Source of the DNA: an uncultured Staphylococcaceae bacterium
GTDB lineage: Bacteria > Bacillota_I > Bacilli_A > RFN20 > CAG-826
Assembly (NCBI GenBank): GCA_964639215.1
Contig: CAZXCV010000007.1
Coordinates: 6,316-66,804, forward strand
Length of the DNA: 60,489 bases
Direction: 5' to 3'
Part shown: piece after piece, positions 48,768 to 55,957 of the stretch
Position numbering within the stretch: the stretch's first letter is position 1
Layout of the letters: the number at the start of each line of letters is the position of its first letter
Translations under genes and position numbers: made by a program
The notes under the pieces: generated by a model
What the model was told of the DNA's origin: nothing
Databases searched by the model: none
The model's input: only the letters and a program-made list of their open reading frames with translations

Positions 48768-49265
48768 TTATCGGCGATTATTTTGGTTGTCATGAAGACA
48801 ATCATCAATCATCAACATCAGCGCGATGAGCAGTTCTGTTTTGCTTTCATCATGAATGGTAATTTCATAAGTATCGCCCCACGATAACCATTTTTTGTGC
48901 ACTTCAAGTAATGTGGTTTCACCTTGTTTTACCTCAAAGTCATGCCCCCACATATTGCCTTCCATCTCTAACTCTCCAAGCGTGGACTCGATATGGAATT
49001 TATGTTTCATGAACGCAAATTTCTTCTGGACAGTCGCCGTTTCTTCACCATTAACTCCAAGCAGACGATACTTAGGCATGAAGGAAAATAATTTCCGTTT
49101 AATCGTGTAAAGATGCTCTTTTCCTTCGGTTTTATAAAAATCCATTTGCCGTGAAAAACTAAAAAGTTTGCCTTCGCAGTAATAAGTAATCTGTTGCTGT
49201 TCGTCATAAACTTTATAGCGATCTCTAAATGCAAACACTTTTTGCTTCAAATAGTATTTTTTCAT
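48768..49265 (-). CDS. LURP-one-related / YxjI (tubby C-terminal-like, DUF567) protein
   Basis: 165 aa. The start pattern YYLKQKVFAFRDRYKVYDE and repeated beta-hairpin pattern are typical of the family. Confidence 0.65.
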   Translation of the reverse strand: MKKYYLKQKVFAFRDRYKVYDEQQQITYYCEGKLFSFSRQMDFYKTEGKEHLYTIKRKLFSFMPKYRLLGVNGEETATVQKKFAFMKHKFHIESTLGELEMEGNMWGHDFEVKQGETTLLEVHKKWLSWGDTYEITIHDESKTELLIALMLMIDDCLHDNQNNRR

Positions 49266-49330
49266 ATTGTGCTCCTTAGTGTAATTTTACTATGCTTGGT
49301 TGTCATATTTGAATAGTTACTGCCTGACAA

Positions 49331-49364
49331 AAATAAAAAAGCTAGGGCGAATATGCCCTAGCCT
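49331..49364 (-). terminator. rho-independent terminator after the heliorhodopsin gene
   Basis: On the minus strand the stem GCTAGGGC / GCCCTAGC is followed by TTTTTTATTTTT. Confidence 0.8.
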
Positions 49365-49386
49365 TATTACTTAATATTCTAAAGTA

Positions 49387-50205
49387 TTAGGATGGTTGCA
49401 TCGCGCCGAAGAGCACAAGCCATGCGAGGATTGATTTAGCAACGAGCGATAACACGATATAAACGCGTTCTCCGTATAAATAGTCTTTCCATTTTCCGAC
49501 TTTGAGATATTGGAGAATCATGTTGATCGGGAAGGTGTTGAAAGCGACGAAATAGGTGCCAACAATCGCCCAAACGAACCATGGGACTTGATCATAATTT
49601 CCTGTACCAAACATATAAATCATAATGACAGCCCAGGGTGTTAAACCAGCGATCGTTCCCCAAACAAATGGACCCCAATCGAGGTGCTTTCGATCTTTGC
49701 CAACATTCAATTGTTCCATCACAAGACCAAACAAATTCATCGCGGCATTAACGACAAATATTAGTATCAGTGAGGCGATGTCTTTAACCCCAAATAACGT
49801 GGAAATTAAGACAATCATGACCGAACTAGATAACGCATATTCAAACCATCGGAATTTGTTAATCCCGACTTTTAAGTCGCGTTCATATATCGCATACGTG
49901 GGTTTTGGGAGCGAAATAAGGGCGTGGGCTAGTGCTGAAATAATGAGGAATGAAGCGACAAGCACACCAAACGGTAAATTGAATAGGAATTGAGAATCGA
50001 CAACCAAAGCTTGGGTCGGAACATCATAACGAATAAAGAATTGAACGATTTGAGGTTGGAATTCGGCAATCTTCTGAATGACTGTTCCCGCGAGAATGAG
50101 CATGATGAGGCCTTGTAATAAGTGCACGGCACCCATGATCACATTGAAGCGACGTAAACGGTCCATCTCAGTCGCCCCTTTAAAGAAGGCAAAGTATTGT
50201 TTCAT
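49387..50205 (-). CDS. heliorhodopsin
   Basis: 272 aa with 7 TM helices. It closely matches my recollection of HeR 48C12: FNVIMGAVHLLQG (conserved His), FRWFEYALSSSVMIVL (counterion Glu), VNAAMNLFG and GERVYIVLSLVAKSILAW (Schiff-base Lys). RBS AAAGGAG. Confidence 0.85.
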   Translation of the reverse strand: MKQYFAFFKGATEMDRLRRFNVIMGAVHLLQGLIMLILAGTVIQKIAEFQPQIVQFFIRYDVPTQALVVDSQFLFNLPFGVLVASFLIISALAHALISLPKPTYAIYERDLKVGINKFRWFEYALSSSVMIVLISTLFGVKDIASLILIFVVNAAMNLFGLVMEQLNVGKDRKHLDWGPFVWGTIAGLTPWAVIMIYMFGTGNYDQVPWFVWAIVGTYFVAFNTFPINMILQYLKVGKWKDYLYGERVYIVLSLVAKSILAWLVLFGAMQPS

Positions 50206-50494
50206 GGTTAATTTCTCCTTTTTTATAAAAAATATTATACGAATTCGAAATATTTTTTTCTAATGAAATGCTCAACTTTTTTAATGACTAACTTTTACTT
50301 TATTTTTTTTATTTAAAACGACTGAAGACCATTAATAATTTTTAAAAATCGGTAGCGTGATTAACGTGAGTTAATGATTTCTAATATATCCTTGTGCTTT
50401 TTTATTTTGTGCGGCTTAGCCGAGCTAATTCACGGTGCGGAGTAATATCGCTACTTGATATTTATATTTGAAGTGCTATCATAAAAGCAAAGAG

Positions 50495-50510
50495 TCGGTC
50501 ATTTGACCGA
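50495..50510. promoter_or_regulatory. perfect 7-2-7 inverted repeat, candidate TetR operator
   Basis: TCGGTCA TT TGACCGA ends 9 nt before the TetR ATG. It lies downstream of a candidate promoter (TTGATA, 16-nt spacer, TATCAT at 50455-50482). Confidence 0.5.
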
Positions 50511-50518
50511 GAAACATT

Positions 50519-51094
50519 ATGGGTCGTCCGTTAGGATACATAAACAAAACCACGATTCTTGAGGCAGTTGGTCGGCTAATCGCCACGCGAGGCATTAACC
50601 AAGTTTCTTTGCGTGATATCGCCAAAGAAACAAAACTGAGTCCTGGCACTTTGTATTATTACTATGCGACAAAAGATGAGCTGGTCTTCGATATCATCGC
50701 CAAACATATCGATGAATTAAAAGATGAATATCTTGCATGGATTGGACGACACGAACATGACTTAACAGTCGATCGCTTTTTAGAAGTCATCTTTTTTAAG
50801 GGAGTCAAACTATTCAACCGCGCGCGGTTACATATTTTTATTATTAATCAATGTATGGCTGACAATGAGACATTAAAACAACGATTTAATGACAAATATT
50901 CCGAATGGCGAACCGCGCTTCGTCAAGGTGTCATCAATATTTTTCCAAATCATCATGATCCTGAAGCATTTGCGACGCTTCTTTTGACAATTATCGATGG
51001 CCTAGTCATCCAAGAAGTTTTGAATCTGCCGGAAATCGATCAAACCCGACTCATTAACCTCGTCAAGCGGATGGGAGATTCCACGATTGAATAA
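50519..51094 (+). CDS. TetR/AcrR-family transcriptional regulator
   Basis: It has the N-terminal HTH (VSLRDIAKETKLSPGTLYYYY). Confidence 0.9.
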   Translation: MGRPLGYINKTTILEAVGRLIATRGINQVSLRDIAKETKLSPGTLYYYYATKDELVFDIIAKHIDELKDEYLAWIGRHEHDLTVDRFLEVIFFKGVKLFNRARLHIFIINQCMADNETLKQRFNDKYSEWRTALRQGVINIFPNHHDPEAFATLLLTIIDGLVIQEVLNLPEIDQTRLINLVKRMGDSTIE

Positions 51095-52814
51095 GCAAAA
51101 ATTGTTAAAACAGACGATTAAGCAAATCGAGCTTTCATTTCCGAAAGTCAACGTTAATGTTCGTGACAACATCATCTTTCTTGATGGCGAACTCTCAAAT
51201 TATGACGAAATTGTTGCGGTGGGCTATTTAGCGGCAAAAGCAAAAACCGAAGGTGTTGTTAATCGGATTAAATTATCGGGTTATCAAGAAGAACCTATGC
51301 GTATTTCACCCGAAAATGACATGAAGTATGATGGTACGTCATGTGATGTTTTGATTATTGGAGCTGGTATTTGTGGTGCGGCAATCGCACGAGAAATGAG
51401 CAAATATAAGTTAAAAACAATCGTGATTGAAAAAGAAAATGACGTTGGCCTTCATGCGAGTAGTCGCAATGATGGCGTCATTCATGTTGGGATTGATCTT
51501 AAGGTCAACACCGAGAAACACCGTTACCTTCGGCAAGCAGTGGCGATGTATCCAAAGCTGGCATCTGAATTACATATTCCATACATACAACGTGGTCAAC
51601 TTGTCGTGTTTTCTAAAGCATGGCTGCGCCCATTGATGTTCATCTTTCGCAAGATGGCGAAAAAGCGTAATATTCACGGTTTTGAAATTTGGAATCACCA
51701 GCGTTTAATGAAGGAAGAACCGCAACTAGGACCAGATGCGAAATTTGGCATTATTTTTAAAGAAGGGGCAAATATTTGTCCATATGAGACCGTCATTGCA
51801 CTTTCAGAAAACGCGATTGAAAACGGTGTGACTTTCTATCTTGATACCGCACTACTTGACATGGTAGTGACTAATGGCGTCATTAAGAAAGTTAGCACAA
51901 ATCATGGGACAATTTATCCAAAAATCGTCATCAATGCTGCTGGAACATTTTCTGATAAAGTCGCTGCTTTGGCTCATGATCAATTTTATACAATTCATCC
52001 ACGCCTTGGGATTGAAGCAATTCTAGATAAAAAGGCGAAGTCCCGCTCTTCATCACGCTCTGTATCAATGTATCGAGGAAGTCACGATCGGAAAAAAGAC
52101 CACACGAAAGGTGGCGGCATTATTCCAACGGTTGACGGTAACGTATTAATCGGGCCAACCGCTGTTGAAACACCCGAACGTGAAAATTTTGAAACCGATG
52201 CTGAAAGTATTGATGTATTATTTGCAAAGCATCATCCGACATTGCCAAAACTAGGCAAGCCCGACGTTATTACCTACTTTGCCGGCATTCGAGCTGCAAC
52301 TTATGAAGAAGATTTTATCGTTAGAATTGGTAAATGGACGCAGAACATCATCCACGTAGCCGGCATTCAATCACCTGGGCTGACCGCAGCACCAGCGATT
52401 GCCGTGACTGTCGCTAATTTAGTTGCTCGCCTCCATGGTGCGCCATTACCATTAAATGAGACATTTGATCCGATTCGGAAAGTAAGACCTCCGCTTCACA
52501 GTTTGTCACTGAATGAACGTCATCGCCACATTCTCGAAAATCCCGATGATGGTCAAATTGTTTGCCGTTGTGAAGAAATATCTCGAGGTGAAATAATCGC
52601 AGCATTGCATCGTCCACTAGTCGTCCCAACAATCGATGGCATCAAACGGCGCGTTCGTGCTGGTATGGGGCGTTGCCAGGGTGGTTTTTGCGGACCATTA
52701 ATTACCAAAATCATTCACGAGGAATTAGACATTCCCTATCTAAATATTTATAAAAAAGGTCATGGCCACATTATTTTGCGAGAGACAAAGGAAGCAACTT
52801 ATGGCGAACTATGA
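51087..52814 (+). CDS. BON-domain-fused FAD-dependent dehydrogenase (GlpA / glycerol-3-phosphate dehydrogenase-like) with BFD-like [2Fe-2S] domain
   Basis: The TTG start is 8 nt after GGGAGA. Residues 1 to about 66 fit the BON pattern (VNVNVRDNIIFLDGELSNYDEIVAVGYLAAKAKTEGVVNRIKL). The FAD motif is DVLIIGAGICGAA and the C-terminal BFD motif is CRCEEISRGEI...GMGRCQGGFC. Confidence 0.75.
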   Translation: MNKQKLLKQTIKQIELSFPKVNVNVRDNIIFLDGELSNYDEIVAVGYLAAKAKTEGVVNRIKLSGYQEEPMRISPENDMKYDGTSCDVLIIGAGICGAAIAREMSKYKLKTIVIEKENDVGLHASSRNDGVIHVGIDLKVNTEKHRYLRQAVAMYPKLASELHIPYIQRGQLVVFSKAWLRPLMFIFRKMAKKRNIHGFEIWNHQRLMKEEPQLGPDAKFGIIFKEGANICPYETVIALSENAIENGVTFYLDTALLDMVVTNGVIKKVSTNHGTIYPKIVINAAGTFSDKVAALAHDQFYTIHPRLGIEAILDKKAKSRSSSRSVSMYRGSHDRKKDHTKGGGIIPTVDGNVLIGPTAVETPERENFETDAESIDVLFAKHHPTLPKLGKPDVITYFAGIRAATYEEDFIVRIGKWTQNIIHVAGIQSPGLTAAPAIAVTVANLVARLHGAPLPLNETFDPIRKVRPPLHSLSLNERHRHILENPDDGQIVCRCEEISRGEIIAALHRPLVVPTIDGIKRRVRAGMGRCQGGFCGPLITKIIHEELDIPYLNIYKKGHGHIILRETKEATYGEL

Positions 52815-54048
52815 CATTATCATCATTGGAGGCGGACCCGCTGGTTTGGCAGCCGCTTTAAAATTAGGTCAAACATCAACCTCCGCTCTACTGATTGAGC
52901 GTGAAGCACGACTGGGCGGCATATTAAAACAATGCATCCATGATGGATTTGGCCTCTTGCGTTTTAATGAAAAATTAAGTGGGCCTGAATATGCCGAACG
53001 TGAAATTGAAGCGCTTAATGCCAGTAACGTTACGGTCAAGACCTTAACGTTTGTCACTGACATCAAAAAGCGCGATGTTGGTTTTGAATTAACGTTAATT
53101 ACCCGCCAAGGCATTGAAATTATTACTGGCAAGCGCTTGATATTAGCAACCGGTTGCCGTGAACGCACCTCAAAACAAGTCGCGATTCATGGAACTAATC
53201 CTAGTGGTGTCCTCACCGCAGGGAGCGCCCAATACTATATGAATATTTTGGGACAAATGCCGACCAAACGTTGTGTGATTTTAGGAAGTGGCGATATCGG
53301 TTTAATCATGGCTCGTCGCATTACGCTTGAGGGAGGTCAAGTGCTGGGCGTCTATGAAATCAAAGACCAACCTTCGGGGTTAACGCGCAACCTCATTCAA
53401 TGTCTCGAAGATTACAATATTCCGCTATATCTCAAAACGACAGTCACGCGCGTGTTCGGTCATGACCGCCTGACTGGGGTGGAAATCGCCCAAGTCGATG
53501 AAAAAATGCAACCCATTAAGGGAAGCGAACAATATCTGGCATGTGATGCACTCATCTTATCAGTCGGCCTAATCCCAGAAAATGAAATGGCTGAAAAACT
53601 TGAGGTCCCAATCAATCCAAAAACCAAAGGTCCATATGTTGACCAAGGGATGGAAACGTTAATTAGTGGGATCTACTGTTCCGGTAATGCTCTTCATGTC
53701 AGTGATGTCGCTGATCTTGTGTCTGAAACAGGCGAAATGGCTGCGTTAACTGCCCAAAATTATCAAAAACAATCGCGAAACCTTATTGAAATTGATATTA
53801 ATGAACGTATGGCATATGTCGTGCCTTCTCATCTTGATTTAAATAAACCGCACGATAAAGTCATCTTCTATTTCCGCTCACGCACTTGTCTTAGCAATCA
53901 ACAGCTAAAAATTTATGCTGGTGACCAATTGCTTTTATCACGAAAATATCGCAATGTACGACCACCGGAGATGGAACGGATTATTGTCGATTTAACAAAA
54001 GCAAAAAATCTTTCGACATTAAAACTACAATTGGAGGATGAATCATGA
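52801..54048 (+). CDS. pyridine-nucleotide-disulfide-family FAD/NAD(P) oxidoreductase
   Basis: The start was chosen at MANYDIIIIGGGPAGLAAA. A second Rossmann motif is VILGSGDIGLIMA. This is the usual partner of GlpA-like and DUF1667 genes. Confidence 0.8.
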   Translation: MANYDIIIIGGGPAGLAAALKLGQTSTSALLIEREARLGGILKQCIHDGFGLLRFNEKLSGPEYAEREIEALNASNVTVKTLTFVTDIKKRDVGFELTLITRQGIEIITGKRLILATGCRERTSKQVAIHGTNPSGVLTAGSAQYYMNILGQMPTKRCVILGSGDIGLIMARRITLEGGQVLGVYEIKDQPSGLTRNLIQCLEDYNIPLYLKTTVTRVFGHDRLTGVEIAQVDEKMQPIKGSEQYLACDALILSVGLIPENEMAEKLEVPINPKTKGPYVDQGMETLISGIYCSGNALHVSDVADLVSETGEMAALTAQNYQKQSRNLIEIDINERMAYVVPSHLDLNKPHDKVIFYFRSRTCLSNQQLKIYAGDQLLLSRKYRNVRPPEMERIIVDLTKAKNLSTLKLQLEDES

Positions 54049-54410
54049 AAGACGTAATTTGCATCGTGTGTCCGAATTCTTGTCACCTCCAAGTCGATCC
54101 GAAAACAAACAATGTAATCGGGCAACTTTGTCCTCGTGGCGAAGCTTATGCTATCCAAGAAATCACAAATCCAAAGCGTTCAATTACCTCAAGTGTGAAA
54201 ACAATATACAAAGAGCAACCACTCATTAGTGTGCGCACTGTAAGTGAAGTAAATAAAAACCTAATTCCGATGATTATGCAAGAAATCAAAAAAATCGTCC
54301 TTGATAAACCATTGCCAAGAGCGACTGTTATCATTGAAAATGTAGCTGGTAGCGGTGTTGATATCATCACGACAACTACTTTGCATAAAGGAGATAGTTA
54401 TGAATCGTAA
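54045..54410 (+). CDS. DUF1667-domain protein
   Basis: 121 aa with the N-terminal Cys motif CIVCPNSCHL...CPRG. It is the third member of the conserved trio. Confidence 0.75.
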   Translation: MKDVICIVCPNSCHLQVDPKTNNVIGQLCPRGEAYAIQEITNPKRSITSSVKTIYKEQPLISVRTVSEVNKNLIPMIMQEIKKIVLDKPLPRATVIIENVAGSGVDIITTTTLHKGDSYES

Positions 54411-55953
54411 TCCACTTGTTCTAACGTTTGATTGTGGGACGCAGAGCATTCGCGCTTTAATATTCGATCAAACTGGGGCGCTTCTTGCAAAAGAACAACA
54501 TTCGTTTACTCCCTATTATTCACTCAAACCTGGTTATACCGAACAAAAACCAGCGGTATATCGCGATGCCTTAAAACGCGTTTCTACTCAAATTATTGCT
54601 AATAACCCGAACTTAAAAGCTTCAATTGTTGCAGTAACAATTACGACGATTCGTGATACGTGCGTCTGTCTTGATGAGAATGGAGAGCCGCTGCGCGACA
54701 TTATCGTTTGGCTCGACCAACGCATGGCGCAGTGCTCTAATAAATTACCGGCTGTTTCACGCGCCTTATTTGCCGTCGCGGGAATGACAGATGCCATTGC
54801 CGACCAACGAAAAATAACTAAAAGCAACTGGCTGATCGAAAACGAACCCGAACTATGGAATAATACCGTTAAATATGTGATGTTCTCGACATATATGGTG
54901 TCACTATTAATCGGTAAAATCATCGATAGTTCCGCGAGTCAAATCGGACACATTCCGTTTGATTTTAAGAATAAGGCTTGGTATCAACCATCCCATTTCA
55001 AGTTTCCAATCTTCAATGTTCCACTTGAGAAACTACCTCCGATTATCGAACCGGGCGAGACGCTTGGTTATATTAGTAAAGCGGCAAGTCTTGAGTTTGG
55101 GTTACCTGAAGGATTACCACTAATTGCTACTGGTTCTGATAAAGGCTGTGAAACACTAGGGACTGGCGTTGTTGATACGACGATGGCTTCCTTAAGTTTT
55201 GGCACGACGGCGACGATTCAAACGACAACAAGGAAGTACCTTGAACCAGTCCAATTCATGCCGGCATATCCTGGCGTCGCCCCCGGTACCTATAATCCCG
55301 AGATTCAAATTTACCGAGGTTATTGGATGGTCAGTTGGTTTAAAAAAGAATTTGCAAGTAAAGAGGTTAATGAGGCGCCACAACTTGGATTATCACCAGA
55401 ACAATTATTAAATCAACGGCTCAAGGAAATTCCGCCCGGTTGCGATGGGTTATTATTACAGCCGTATTGGGCGCCACTACTCAAGAGTCCAGAAGCCAAA
55501 GGGGCAATTATCGGCTTTTCCGGTGATCACACGCGCATTCATATCTATAAGGCGATCATTGAAGGAATCGGTTATGGTCTGATTGATGGGCTTCGCCATC
55601 TCGAAAAACGTCTCCATCATAAAATAAGAGGATTAACCGTATCTGGTGGCGGTTCGCAAAGCGATGAAATTTGTCAAATAACGGCCGATATGTTCGGATT
55701 ACCTGTATCCAAGATTCAAACGTATGAAGCTTGTGGTCTTGGTAGCTCGCTCGTCGCCTTTGTGGCTTTAGGGATTCATAAAACATACGAAGATGCAGTA
55801 AAAGAAATGGTGCATTACGAAAAAGTTTATCAACCAAATGATGATGTTCATCGTATCTATGACCGTCTGTACCGAAAGGTATACACAAAAATATATCCAT
55901 CCCTTCGTCCCCTCTACCGCGAATTAAGAAAATTTGAACAAGACAAGGAGTAA
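54400..55953 (+). CDS. FGGY-family carbohydrate/polyol kinase (not a canonical GlpK)
   Basis: The start was chosen at MNRNPLVLTFDCGTQSIRALIFD. It has FGGY N- and C-terminal domains (GSDKGCETLG, VSGGGSQSD). Confidence 0.8.
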   Translation: MNRNPLVLTFDCGTQSIRALIFDQTGALLAKEQHSFTPYYSLKPGYTEQKPAVYRDALKRVSTQIIANNPNLKASIVAVTITTIRDTCVCLDENGEPLRDIIVWLDQRMAQCSNKLPAVSRALFAVAGMTDAIADQRKITKSNWLIENEPELWNNTVKYVMFSTYMVSLLIGKIIDSSASQIGHIPFDFKNKAWYQPSHFKFPIFNVPLEKLPPIIEPGETLGYISKAASLEFGLPEGLPLIATGSDKGCETLGTGVVDTTMASLSFGTTATIQTTTRKYLEPVQFMPAYPGVAPGTYNPEIQIYRGYWMVSWFKKEFASKEVNEAPQLGLSPEQLLNQRLKEIPPGCDGLLLQPYWAPLLKSPEAKGAIIGFSGDHTRIHIYKAIIEGIGYGLIDGLRHLEKRLHHKIRGLTVSGGGSQSDEICQITADMFGLPVSKIQTYEACGLGSSLVAFVALGIHKTYEDAVKEMVHYEKVYQPNDDVHRIYDRLYRKVYTKIYPSLRPLYRELRKFEQDKE

Positions 55954-55957
55954 CCTT

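Noticed and set aside
50239-50250. A CGAATTCG palindrome within the putative heliorhodopsin promoter spacer, as a possible operator.
   Set aside because: Only 8 bp are truly symmetric, it contains a common EcoRI-type palindrome, and it sits in a very AT-rich region. It is too short to distinguish from chance.
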